DNA of 64,000 bases from Vermamoeba vermiformis (lineage: Eukaryota): the NCBI GenBank assembly GCA_045837725.1, contig JBEWZL010000101.1:310001-374000 (forward strand). The letters run 5' to 3'. A program made the position numbers and the translations under genes. Numbering within the stretch: position 1 is the first letter of the stretch; each line of letters begins with the position of its first letter. Below, piece after piece: positions 13,689-25,952 of the stretch. The notes beneath the pieces are model-generated. The model was not told the origin of the DNA and did not search any database. It saw nothing but the letters and a program-made list of their open reading frames with translations.

Positions 13689-14307
13689 CGTGTCGAGTCT
13701 AAAAGTAAAATTGATTTGAACTCACACAAAAACGTTTTATATGTTCCCGATTAATGTTCCTTGTCACCAAAATGGGTACAAACACTCAATTACAAGCTAG
13801 GTCCCAGATCCCAAGAGGACTTTGGAGAAGTGGATCGCACCACATTTATATTAGGCGTCATCATTACTTAAGTTGTTGCCTATGGTGCAGAAATGGCGAT
13901 TGGAAACGCGAATTAAATCATTTTGTTAGCGTGATGAAGAATCGGGCTCTGTCAAAATAAAACATAAGATCTTGCCAAGAAATTAGGTAAAATTCCGATT
14001 ATCATTTGAAAAAATGCGCATTATTATTGTGGATATTGACTGGGTTTTTTTAGCGATTGACGAATTTATTGGATTCGAAATCTGACACCGAGTTCATAAG
14101 GTAAGGTATATACTCTGTATAAGCGGCCAGTCTATATTATTTTATTCGTTAATTATGGTAAAAATACAAATCGAGAGAATAACTTATCATTTTAGGCTCG
14201 ATCCGATCCATGGACTTTGGATCTACCGTACTATACATGGTGAATTTTGCACGACAATATCACGCACAAGCAGACACACGGTGACACCTTAAATAATATT
14301 AGAATGC

Positions 14308-14394
14308 CTTTATTCGTCAGAATTGCTCACACGACCATAGCCGATCTGTTAAAGCACGTGCCACGCACTCCGCTTTTGTTTCTGACGAATAAAG
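14308..14394. repeat. 15-bp perfect inverted repeat with 57-nt spacer
   Basis: CTTTATTCGTCAGAA (14308-14322) / TTCTGACGAATAAAG (14380-14394). Confidence 0.75.
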
Positions 14395-14635
14395 CGATCT
14401 TTTAATTGTAGTGTACTCACACCACCCATAGGAAATATTAACGACTAGGCGCACTTTCCTACTCAGGGCGCTCGCTCTCGTTGATATCAATACGATAACT
14501 TCAAGCTCGAATAAAAAGAGTCATTGCAGATCCGGTCACTCACAGTGCAGCACAACTCAATAAACGTTAACGAGGTAATATAATGAAATGTATTATGACA
14601 TAGTATCCTATTCTTATATAAGTTAAATCTACCAG

Positions 14636-16612
14636 ATGGAGTCTATTATCGATTTGACGGAGACTAGCGGATCTGATCAAGTTCAGCTGTGTTCGTTCAA
14701 TTGTATCCCCGACGAGATTATAGAAAATCATATTTTTGGCTACTTTTGGTTTCAATATTGGATATTTCACTTTATCAGCGTTTGTAAGCGATGGAAGCAA
14801 ATCTGCGAAAACACAAAAATGGCGCCAAAACACGTGCGAATTATTTCGTTACGAAAACTCGATCTTGGTCATGCAATATTATTTATCAAGAAATATCAAC
14901 CAACGATACTTGAATTGCGATTAGGTGAATATGATTGGACTTGCTGTTACGCAATGGCAGAATTAGTTGGAGCGTCCAATTGCATTGATACCTTAATATG
15001 GGACGACAAATATAATAACAAACTAAAGACTAAACCTTCTAAAGTGCTATCTAAAATTAGAACGTTGGTCTGGAAAGCAACTTTTTCGACGGAGATCTTC
15101 AAACTGTTTCCTGCCCTCAAACATCTACAAACACGCCTAAGCCACTCACATTTGAGTACAAATACTGTATTTCCTGTAGAAGAACTCACTATAGTAGGCA
15201 CAAATGATATCCAATTGTGCCTCGAAAATGTTGTCGTACCAAAGTTGACTATTGTTACATCAAGCAAAGTTATTCAAAGATCATTTGGAGAAATTATTCA
15301 ACTTGAAGTGGCAAATATGACGTATGAACAGTACTTTAGATACTTTGGCCGGACCAAGCTTGACTTAGCATTGACAAGCGGAGAGTTTGCGGATGCAGCA
15401 AAATTGTTGGAAACTGTAACATCAAAAGAATATGAGAGTGATCTATATAAGGGCTATTTTGCAAGTTACAAGTACCCGACAAATCAAGTTTTGGGAATTA
15501 CAGACTATGATGGGATTTTTTTTTCGGAGTGCAAAGCCACTGAAGCACATCAATTATGGATGGTACACAATTTGCCAGTAAGTGAATACGTCAAATTTGT
15601 CTATTATGCCAACAACGGATGTGTCAAAGAAGCTTTATCTATTCTATCGAACAATGGATCGCAATTAATGGCATGTGACGAAAATAAGTTAATCGGATCT
15701 GCATTTTTCAAACTGTTACCTCTACCTCCGAATACATTTGATGATGCAAAAATCCGTGACGTAGCCCAAAAAATTGTACAAAGTCGAGTCAAGTACGCAA
15801 ATACTATGTTGAAGACAAAGAAACAATTTGACGAAATCTCCTCATTATGCGATGATTGGTCGAAAGCTCAAGCCAGCTTAAATGATGCCGATCTATTTTG
15901 GGCAATGCTTGAAAAAGGAGCTGAAATTCCTTGCGCAGCACTTAACACTAACGCAATAGCTCCGTCACCAATCATCGCAAAAATTCTTGAAGAAATTAAC
16001 GTACGAGATCCATCAATGTGGTTTGATATATTAGCAGCTGGCAGTCCTCGAAAGGGACTGACTATTATGAAGCAGTATGGTATCTCTCCCACGATTGAAA
16101 AAAATGGTCGGTCTTTGTGGTCAACGTGGTATCAAAATGGAGGCTTCGGTGATGACAATACGATAAAGGACTATATCAATCATATGGAAAGCAGTGGTAT
16201 GACACCGTTGATGAGTGCCATCAAAAACCTTGAAAGTTCAACGGTTGAAAGGTTTTTGAAGCTCGGAGCGGATCCGAACAAACACCGAGGAGACAGTTTA
16301 TCTCCTTTAGCGGTCTTATTAGCCAAATGTGCAGAAAGAACCCACTGCACTCGTATGCTACTCATCCTAATTAAAAATGGAGCAGACCTCAACGCACCTT
16401 GTTTGTACGAGAAACGGATGTGTTCACCGCTAATGATTGCAGTACTTACTCATTGCTCTTTGCCAACGTTAAGACTATTAATCGCCCTTGGTGCTCGTAT
16501 GGACTATTGCGATGACCATGGAAGAAGTATTATGGATTGCGTTATGGCGAGTCAAAGCAAGTACGAGCCAAATGATTTCAAAGCGCTCAAATGGCTATTT
16601 TCTCCGAAATAG
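14636..16612 (+). CDS. Intronless N-terminal F-box, C-terminal ankyrin-repeat protein (658 aa)
   Basis: F-box IPDEIIENHIFGY..SVCKRWKQI; ankyrins GMTPLMSAI..LGADPN, SPL..NGADLN, SPLMIAV..LGARMD. Confidence 0.85.
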   Translation: MESIIDLTETSGSDQVQLCSFNCIPDEIIENHIFGYFWFQYWIFHFISVCKRWKQICENTKMAPKHVRIISLRKLDLGHAILFIKKYQPTILELRLGEYDWTCCYAMAELVGASNCIDTLIWDDKYNNKLKTKPSKVLSKIRTLVWKATFSTEIFKLFPALKHLQTRLSHSHLSTNTVFPVEELTIVGTNDIQLCLENVVVPKLTIVTSSKVIQRSFGEIIQLEVANMTYEQYFRYFGRTKLDLALTSGEFADAAKLLETVTSKEYESDLYKGYFASYKYPTNQVLGITDYDGIFFSECKATEAHQLWMVHNLPVSEYVKFVYYANNGCVKEALSILSNNGSQLMACDENKLIGSAFFKLLPLPPNTFDDAKIRDVAQKIVQSRVKYANTMLKTKKQFDEISSLCDDWSKAQASLNDADLFWAMLEKGAEIPCAALNTNAIAPSPIIAKILEEINVRDPSMWFDILAAGSPRKGLTIMKQYGISPTIEKNGRSLWSTWYQNGGFGDDNTIKDYINHMESSGMTPLMSAIKNLESSTVERFLKLGADPNKHRGDSLSPLAVLLAKCAERTHCTRMLLILIKNGADLNAPCLYEKRMCSPLMIAVLTHCSLPTLRLLIALGARMDYCDDHGRSIMDCVMASQSKYEPNDFKALKWLFSPK

Positions 16613-16807
16613 TATTCGATGTTAGTAATATGATAAATATAGTATACTGAAGTGCAGTGAGTCATATTAGGAAAGCTTATTGAAAAATTTACTCTTACGT
16701 AAAGATTCAAAATCGTCGTCAGCACATCCGTTAAAAGCGGAACCGATTCCGTTTCCTCCTATTGAGATGCTAGAACTACGCAGTTCCTTCTCTAAGTATT
16801 GGCTATC

Positions 16808-17329
16808 AATGAAGGCACTATTTGTTCCGCTCGCCCCAACAAGATTGTGAGAGCAGCTATTGCAACCCCTGAGAACATCTGCTGAAGTCTATTGCATCGA
16901 AATTTCACTCAGTTCTAACACATACTCGCCAGCCACGCCTTCATGCTCAGATAGTTTCATCAATCAAGACGAGACTGACATCGATTGCGGTGGCTCAACT
17001 TGCAGCCCTTGTGCTGTCGGCAAGTCGTGCAAACAGAACGCTGATTGCGCGAGCAACACTTGCACGGGCAATGTTTGTGGTACGTCTTAAACGAGCTCTT
17101 ATCCTAACGACTACTAACGTGATTGCACCTCTGCCGCCAGTGGCTGACCAATCGCCAAGCGTCGATAGTCCTCTCGGCAATACCCCTTCAAACCAACCCG
17201 GATCCAATCCGAATCAACCAAGTACATCCGCAACGCCAGCCAAGAAAGGGGTGTCGACAGGAGCTGCCGTTGAAAACTCATTGATCAATTGTTGTCATGA
17301 TTGGTTTGGTGCTATTAGCGTTAAATTAA
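16808..17329 (+). pseudogene. Degenerate Cys-rich (ETDxDCGG repeat) surface protein with hydrophobic C-terminus
   Basis: CSDSFINQDETDIDCGGSTCSPC..C, a P/S/T-rich stalk, then IVVMIGLVLLALN* out of frame; damaged splice sites; no start found. Confidence 0.6.
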
Positions 17330-17988
17330 TATTCGAACGTTAACGCACTTCATTTAAATACCTTATTGCTCGAAGTATCATCGGTTTTTGAGGCAGACTC
17401 GGCAAGGATTAGATCTAAAATTTTTTTAATAAAATACAAGTTAAAAAAATAATAGCACAATCAAAATATCACACCAAAGAATATTATTATTATTCAATTT
17501 CGTCCAAAATTGCAATACGCTTTGGCCTGTTAATGCAAAATCTTCCCAAGCTGGCCATTGCTTACCATCTTACCATTGATCGATTATCTATGCGCCTGCT
17601 CTATTAATCATTGACTTGAAATGAAAGTTAATATTTTTCTTCTTCTTCGTGTTTCAGCAATCTGGTTTCAGATCAACTCGGGAGGATGTGGCCATTAACG
17701 AATGGAAATTTAGAAGATTATGCCTGCCCAATTGTGATCACTCTTATTCGAAGAAAGCGTAACAGATTGCGCCGCTTATCGGAGCTGGTGGAACACTTGT
17801 GTTTTTCCTAAATTTGTCAGGCGAATTTTCACCACTCAGCCCTGTCTCCGCATTTCAACTTATATTTTCTAACTACCACCAAGCATTGCTCAAAGCAGAT
17901 CTAGGTCGATTTTAACAGCTCCTCTGCCATTGGTAGAGGCAGTTCAGAATATTATTATCAGCTTCAATTAAATAGTAAAGCATCGAAA

Positions 17989-20900
17989 ATGGCCTCGGCA
18001 TTATTCGATTTTGTTATGGTAGTGGCCCTACAAGAACAAAAAAATGGTAAATTCAAAAATTAAAATTATTAATTATGCAGATCTATCTTCGGGTTTTGCT
18101 TCTTTAATAATCAACTCTCGGGCGGCCTGTATATTAATCATAAATATATAGAATATCACCCAGCAATCACCTATCGATTTCCACCAAGCGCTACACCTGA
18201 TAATAAAGACAAAACAACAAGCGCGATCATGCAATTTTGTTGGCCTGAATTGACGGCAAAAAATGATAATAAAGTGAAGGAGATCCTCAAGTAAGTATTA
18301 AAAATATACAGACTATTTTAGTAAAATATTTCATACGGACATAATTATTAAGCGGAGGATCTAATATTGAATTCCGTAATGATTGCAAAATTCCTATGAT
18401 TCGAGAACCCAATTAATTCATTGTTTATACTGCACTATAGTACTTTTTTATTCTTAATTTCCGCTCTGTAAACTTGAATTCGAAATGGATCCGATCGGCA
18501 TTTTCCTTCGGAGACAAAATTAAATTTGAATATTTGGTATATATGACGCGCTATACTCCTGAAACAGGAATATGCCTATTATATAATAAATATTAATCTC
18601 TCAATTGATTATTGACGCATGTCACATTCGCAATGTAAAAGAGCGTACATTGCTGTTTACGTAAACTTAGCGGCTTAATTGCATCGCCACATCAATCAAA
18701 ACATTAAATATAATATGCATATATTGATATGGCCGCTCTACTATTCATAGGAATTAAAATTGAATTCCAGATCTATTTTTGATTGATACTTTCGATAAAG
18801 ATTCTGTTTGACAAAATAAGATAAAAAAGCTATACATAAGATCCTCTATAATAATATACTAATAATCACTATTTTGAATGCGGTATTAATGTTATTCCGA
18901 TTAGAGTAAAAGGCAGCGAAACGTTTTCTTTTGTACTCACGGACATTGACGGCACGAAGAGATTTGGCTATTGTAGACGATTTTTGGGTAGTCAGGCTGA
19001 ATGTTATTGCTTATTAAGCTTTTTGTAAGTAACTTTAAAAGTTTTAAAAAAAGTTGATCGGTGATCGCGAAATTTAATCGACATCACTAACGATTCATAT
19101 GATCGTAGCCCTTCGTTCAGCTTGTTTGCTCAAATTTTGGATATCGTTGAACAACGGCGCGAAGCTTCATCAAGTGCTGTATTCACATTTTTAAAGTCAG
19201 TTCTCGCTGAAAAAGTTCCTGGACCTGGTATGCCTTAGTTTATATAATATACCGATATGAATGTTATAAATACGATGTTATATGTGTCGAGTACTAATAT
19301 AATGTTATTTAGGCGACAGAATTACAATCAAAACGTTTTCAGCAACTAAGAAGGATTCTCCTGACGAATATCAATTACGACGCGACGATAACGACTATGA
19401 ATACTTAGACTATGTAAGTATAACGCATATGAATATTATTTATTAGTATTATACGGGCGAATAGAGATCTAAGCCAGTACGCGGATCACAACCAAAAATT
19501 TCATAATTAATTAATGCTAATTTCTCCTCATCATAGGTTTCATTCGTATCGCTATTCAAACGCCTCGATGTAAATAATATAATGTATTTATTTGAAGCTC
19601 TGCTTCACGAACGAAGAATTATAGTGCTGGGCAAGTCACTCGCTATGCTCAGCACGTGTGTACATGCCATTGCTGCTATGGTGTTCCCTTTCACTTGGCA
19701 GGTACGTACTAGTAATATAGCTGCTTATTTCGCGAATCATTACTCCACAAATTGTCCGTGGATTGTGGATCGAGATCAGATCATTTACACAATTTTATAG
19801 CTTTAGTGTCTGCACGTACTAACTTGTTATATTAGCATGTATTTATTCCTATATTGCCATTGTCGTTAATCGATTACTGCTGCGCTCCTATGCCGTTCTT
19901 AGTTGGTGTATTAAGTTCATCAAAGAGTACCTTAGACTCGCTGCCTTTAGAAGAGGTAAGCCATTAATATAATAGCGACTGGACATAATATATGATATTG
20001 TATTTATTGTTACTGACGTAATTGCTAGGTGGTGATCCTGGATCTGGACAAAGGAGATTTCGCAGAAAAGCCTCAATTTACGAGCACGTTGCCGCCAAGC
20101 AAGGCCAGTGAACTTCAAAGATCCCTACAGAATGCCGTGCGCAATATCGGCAGCTCTTCATTCGACAAACAGATTGCTAATAGCTTCGTACTATTCTTCT
20201 GCGACACGCTCGAGAAGTACGGCGATTACATCGCTAAAGGCACTTTTGATGAGAAATCGTTCATAGCGAGCAAAGATCAAGAGACTAGGACCGTAAGTAT
20301 TAAGGCATTATTACCAAGTTTCGAAAATCAAATATCTTCAGATCAGCTAGAATATTTTTTAAAATATTAAGATTAGCCATTAACGTCGTATTTATAGTTC
20401 TTAAAAGACTTTGTCCGGTCTCAAATGTTCGATTGCTTCATTCATGAACGAGAAAAGTTGTCGATCCGAGGAAGTATTGATAACTGCGTACTGAGGAAAT
20501 ACAAACAGAACATTTTATCTGGATTTGGACGAGATGCCAATCATCCGCCACAACCCTCTCATAGGTACATTATAATAATAACAACTAAAATTAAGATTTG
20601 ATTTGAAAAAGTATTCGATTTCAGTTTTGTTGGATCTTGCTAACAAATCTTAATTTCTTAGTACTTACTGCGACAAATGCGGTATTAAACTGCGCGAAGC
20701 TGATATTCAGCTCGACAAGAAAGGCACCCCTTTTTGCGCCAGTTGTAACAGACCAGAAAAACGCGAGAAAAAGAAGAACTTGTTAGGCCTTGTAAATAAG
20801 ATCACGAAGATGGTTAGAAGTACGTAGTATACCCATTTATATATAAGCTCTATTCTCACAACACTTACGATTAAATTTGACCGTCAAATTTCAAATTTTT

Positions 20901-21972
20901 GACGATCAAAAATTCAAGTCGTTACAAATGACTCTCGAACGCTCAAAAAATGGCAGTATATTAATTGTATCGTATAGAAACGGACAATAAGAGCTCAGAA
21001 GATTCTAGCGAAGGAAAGAAAGACAAAGAGAAAGAAAAGGATCGGGATCGAGTACATAGTGGTGAAGGTACGTATCAAATTGTCCTTAGCTTTATGGCCA
21101 CGATACTAACCTCGAAATGTATAGAAGAGAAGCATAAGACTCCCGCGCAATCATTTTTCAAAGATGTAAAAGCGTTGTTCAAGCACAAAGGTACGATCAA
21201 GAGAGATCCGGCTACTAAACTAATTCGACTATTCATACATAGATAAGAAGAAACATCTATCTGAAGAGCAAGACAATCCTACCTTGGCAAAGTCAGCCGA
21301 TTTCCCGAAGAAATCAGAGAGTAACTCCTCGTTCACAACTCCAACCAAATCCGGCACGTCAACACCGACCAAACGATCGAGTTTTGACACCGATGTGCGA
21401 CCTAGTGGACCTAAATCGGCGCAACCAACGGTCCCTGTAACAGCGCCGAAGAAGCTCCCCATCACACCAGTCAACAGCCAACCAAAGTCCATGGCCCCAG
21501 TGCCGAGCAATCCCAAGCACAACACACCTCCTGCTGCAGGCACGAAAGAACCTATTGGAAGGAAGATTAGACGAACACAATCGATCGGTGCTAATGACTC
21601 GAAATCCATGGTTAACCGCGGTAATTTGACACCTGTCAAACCGACCACGGACGTGAACGGCAAGTTGTCAGCAATCCCCGAAATCCCAGCGACAAACCCG
21701 AAAATGGCACCGGCCAAAAAACTGCCAACACCTCCTCAACGACCAAAATTGAGTCGACAATTATCGAGTAACGGCGTGCCTAAACAAGTGAACGCTCAAT
21801 ACAACACCTTCCCTCATCCGAGTAAGTCTCCTTCTGCGAATGAATTAATTACGGCCGTAATTATTAATTCTCGTATATAGAGCTCGGAGCACCTCTCCCA
21901 AAGACTAATTCGCTGCGCAATGGCTCGCACGACCGAAAGCCACCGCAACCACTGCAACAAACATCCAAGTGA
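17989..21972 (+). CDS. DENN-domain Rab GEF (DENND1/2-like) with Pro-rich tail
   Basis: uDENN YRFP..FCWP, FSFVLTDIDG..FGYCRR; cDENN LLHERRII, PFTWQHVFIPILP, APMPFLVG; dDENN SQMFDCFI. Confidence 0.9.
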
Positions 21973-22675
21973 TCACATCATTGTACTTTCTTGTTAAAAT
22001 AGTTCATGTAAAGCCTAGCGCCAATTATTTATTTATTTCAATCTCCACTCGACCTGCGCAGTTTGTGTTCTCTTCGCTCCGTTGGGACTAAGAAATATTA
22101 TTACCCAGACCTATTTCTTACAATTCATTGAGTTCACAACATCTGCAAAGCAAGTCATACGGCGCCAATAGTCTTCTTCAGGCTCCAGAAACGCTCCATT
22201 AATCTTTAGTATAGTCTCCAGATATCTGTCAGTCAGATCCATCGAGAGATTCCATAGAACCTGCAAACACTCTACAATTCGTCATTCTATCGTGCGTAAT
22301 CGTTGTCCTAATGTTAGTGTTGCGTCTCGAGGGTTAGTTGAGGTCAATAAATATCGGCTAGAAAATCTCGGGCGCTAACCCCTGATATCTTTGGCAGAGT
22401 ACTCGTAGGCCCGAAATAATATTTGATTTACGATAATAAATTAGCAGTGTTAGTTATCCTCGAATTTTTCATAGCGCTGATCTTCGAAGATCGTAAATTA
22501 TTTAATTGCCACTGCTGAAAAAAATTGTAGTGGCTTAGAAAATTGATTTAAATGTGTAAGAATATGATGTAATAATATTGGAATTTTTGTATTGTAAAAA
22601 TCGTTAATTTAATTGGGTTTTATTATATTCAGATGGAAAGTAGAACTTGAAAGGAAAGGAAATTGTATTATACAT

Positions 22676-23197
22676 CTACTTAGCATCAGCCTTGGCTTTC
22701 TTGACCTTAGGTTGAACCTTGAAGGTAGCGACTTCCTTCTTCCAAGTGGGAGTAGCGCTGAATCTAATGGTGTTGGTTTGAGGAATCTGCAAAGCCTCTC
22801 CAGTCTTAGGGTTACGACCAGTACGAGCAGCACGAGAGCTAGATAATATAAATATTATTAATCGATTTTTAGAAGCAGATTTGTGCGAGTAAACTCACCC
22901 AACTTTGAAGACACCCAATCCAGGAACGGCAACACGACCTTGCTTAGCAAGAGAGGTTCGGAGGGCATTGAAGATGTGAGTTTGGATATCCTGAGCGGTA
23001 GAAATGCTCATGGATTTGCCTTGGAAGTGGTTAACGAGGTCGCGAGCAGTGTTCTCCTTGAATCCGGCGTTTTCCTTAGCAGCAAAGGTCTTAGGTTCAG
23101 CTGCCTTCTTGGCGGGAGCGGCGGCCTTAGGCTTAGGGACGCTCTTGGCGGTCTTAGCGACCTTAGCAACAGTCTTAGCGGCAGCTTTAGAGGCCAT
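22676..23197 (-). CDS. Bacterial histone-like HU/IHF family DNA-binding protein with Lys/Ala-rich extensions (2 exons, intron 22839-22898)
   Basis: Spliced [37 protein letters not shown] matches the HU signature GFGxF..R..R.GRNP.TG...I. Confidence 0.9.
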
Positions 23198-23270
23198 CGT
23201 GGTCAGTTTTCGCTTTTTTAGTTAAAAATGGCGCTAATTTTGGCCACAGGGATCTTTGCTAATGATTTTG

Positions 23271-23291
23271 GGCCAAATTCCTTCGGAAAAT
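23271..23291. promoter_or_regulatory. Candidate shared promoter motif, copy 1
   Basis: GGCCAAAT-TCCTTCGGAAAAT in the divergent gap upstream of the HU gene. Confidence 0.4.
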
Positions 23292-23379
23292 AATTTGAAC
23301 GGTGACTCACGGAAAAAGCTTCATATTTTCTGCGTGTGGAGCAGTAGTAACACCGTTGTTCGTACTCAGTGTTCTTTTC

Positions 23380-24006
23380 ATGAGTCGGATCACGGATCGC
23401 GAACGGCATGAGCAGATGCTCAAGCTGAAGCGAGAAGAGGAAGAAAAAATCAGAAAAAGTCAACAGCAAGGTGCAGCACCTGTTAATAAGCCTGCCGCAA
23501 TCTCCCTGAATTATGAGGATTTTTTGGTGCCAAAATTTGAATTTAAAGAACTACCCGTTGAAGATCCTGTAGATGAGCCAGAAGACCTCGATAACGACGA
23601 GGATCTTATGGAGGATATCGACCATGGTGAATTACCCACAACCACTGATCAACAAGTCCCAAAGACATCACCCAAGTCCAAATCCCCCTCAAGGAAACGC
23701 GATCATGACTCGAGCTTTTCATCGAGCCAATCAGAAGAGAGCGACGAGACAGAGCTCGTGCATAAAAGCAAGAAACTACGTATCACCGACGCTAAAGAAG
23801 AGTCCTTAGACGGCATCAAGCACTATGCCTGCACGAACTGTAAAAAATGTGACGAATTTGAACGCGGATCTGACGCGACAACCTGTCGTGTCTGTAACTG
23901 CGATTTGATTCATCACTTGGCTGACGAGGATGAAGACGACGAGGACGTTGACGAGTGGGATGACGATGACCTTTCAGAGGCTAGCGTCAATAACACCAAC
24001 GAGTAG
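23380..24006 (+). CDS. Intronless acidic protein with a Cys/His zinc-binding-like motif
   Basis: ATG 23380; CTNCKKC..CRVCNC..HH; acidic tracts, basic NLS-like segments. Confidence 0.7.
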   Translation: MSRITDRERHEQMLKLKREEEEKIRKSQQQGAAPVNKPAAISLNYEDFLVPKFEFKELPVEDPVDEPEDLDNDEDLMEDIDHGELPTTTDQQVPKTSPKSKSPSRKRDHDSSFSSSQSEESDETELVHKSKKLRITDAKEESLDGIKHYACTNCKKCDEFERGSDATTCRVCNCDLIHHLADEDEDDEDVDEWDDDDLSEASVNNTNE

Positions 24007-24416
24007 AAATGCACATCCGACGCGTGAAACAACTAGCCGTTACAAGGAAAATCTTGTGGGCTTTCGTGCCTCTAACGAGTTTCTTCGTTAATAGTGATTG
24101 TAAATAGACTTGTTTCGAGTTGTAAATAAATGTACAAATTGAAATTATGATGAAATTTGGTTCGGTGTCGTAATCAAAAAATCAGGAAGTAGCTGCAGCT
24201 CTTGTGATCGTAGGAACGCAAGATTAAGAATATAGGCCGATATATAATATATAAGTGTTTTTATTAGTATAACAACAGGTTTTGCCGCTTTCTTGAAGAC
24301 AGACGCGAAGATCTGTTCATTCAATCAAACGACAATTTTGAAGGGCACAAAATTACTGCTATTACTACAAAAACTATAATAATAACAGTACTTTTAATAA
24401 TAAGCTATTCGCATGC

Positions 24417-25952
24417 TTATTTCTTGGCGTCTTTTCGGACGAAGGTTCTGCCAGAAGCAGTTTTCTTTTCAGTCGGCAAGTCTTGCTTGGCTCTGTTGAG
24501 AATCTTCAACAATGAATCGACTCTGTTTCTCATACGAGTGTGCAAGTGAGACTTGGAGCACTTAATGTGGTAGTGCAAGTAGTTACGGAAAGTTTGGATC
24601 ATATCGATAGTCTTGTCCTTCTTGGCCTTAGCAAAGTGTCTATCGAACAAAACTATAATAATAGATTAGTATTAAGTAAAATTAAGCCAAAAAATAACAA
24701 TTTGCACGTCACGATGGCTCAATTCAATTTCATTGGCAAACTCGTGTTGGATTTGACCACGAAATTGAAAAGAATCACCCGTTCAACGTATAAATACCAA
24801 TCCGTGCATATAATTATTGTTCGGAGCTATATTTTCAATTAAATCAAAATTACTTACCGAAAGTAACGTAAGAAATGGAGCCGTCAGCAACAACACCCTT
24901 GGCACCCTTCAATTCAGCTGGAGGATCCTTTTGAGTGAAAGAAACTGAAGGAGCACCACCAATGCTCTTTTGGAATTCCTAGTAAAATTTAAAAACCGTT
25001 AGAACGAGATTTTTTAAACGCGGATGCATCTTAACAAAAAATGATAAAATCTCGCAGTAAAATTATCATAAAATTAAATTATGACGAGAGTAAAAATTGA
25101 GTATGCTTAATATGTCGATATTCTTGCGTTTCAAACCAAATTGCCAGATTTGATCACAAAAATATCTTTGTTGTTGATACTCTATCTCGGATGTAGGCTA
25201 CTTACTTGCAAAAAGACCTTGCCAATAATGATATCATCGGGGTCCTTGAAGGCAATAGAGAAAATTACAGTGCATCTCTCCTTGTTTTCAGCCTTGATGA
25301 AGATACGCTCGTTGGTTCCTCTCCAAGCCAAGTCGAGCAAAGGAGGGGTTTGACCCTTATCAACAGCCTCGAAGACAAAATCGAAAGGAGCAGCGAAAAT
25401 GTGTCTCTTCAAGAAAGCAATCTTGCGGGCAGTCTCGTCTAAAAAAAAATATTGATGAGAAATTACCCTTATCGTATAAATGTAAGAATTAGCTTAATGC
25501 AGTCCTAAAAATAATATTCGTTACGGAAAAAATGCTAATTGATACTCACCACCCTTGCCATTGAGCGAGGCAGCATCAACGCGCAAAGTGAAATCGAAGC
25601 CAGATTCGGGGCTGGTCATCATAGGACCGTATACGGACTTCAATCTTTCAGCCAAATTGAATTTTGCCCAATCTTTCGAGTTTTTAATTGAAACAGAAAC
25701 GAAGTATTCGGCTTTGTTCTCCTTGGTGTTGTAGATGTGGAATTGAACACCGTCAAAGTCGGCACAGGCCATATCAAAAGCAATGTGCTTGTGACTATTA
25801 AAATAATATATTATTAATTTTTTCGTCCATATTCTAAGCTGTGCAAGATATTCAGTTGATGTGTTTTGAGCCGCATTTAATACTTACTCAGCGGCGAACT
25901 TCTCCTTCAAAATTTCTTCGAGGATTCTGTTGGCGAGTTCCAAAAGGATCAT
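24417..25952 (-). CDS. ARPC2: Arp2/3 complex 34 kDa subunit
   Basis: MILLE..NRI, ADFDGVQFHI, IIGKVFLQEF, FRNYLHYHIKCSKSHLHTRMR, KTASGRTF. Confidence 0.96.

Noticed and set aside
13931-14090. Box C (GTGATGA) suggesting a C/D snoRNA
   Set aside because: Nearest CTGA is ~150 nt away, with no terminal stem or recognisable guide.
18630-18653. 8-bp hairpin in the long DENN intron
   Set aside because: Short enough to arise by chance; no snoRNA boxes.
22613-23225. Bacterial contamination as the source of the HU gene, and the plus-strand ORFs over it
   Set aside because: The gene has a spliceosomal intron and eukaryotic neighbours; the plus-strand ORFs are antisense shadows.
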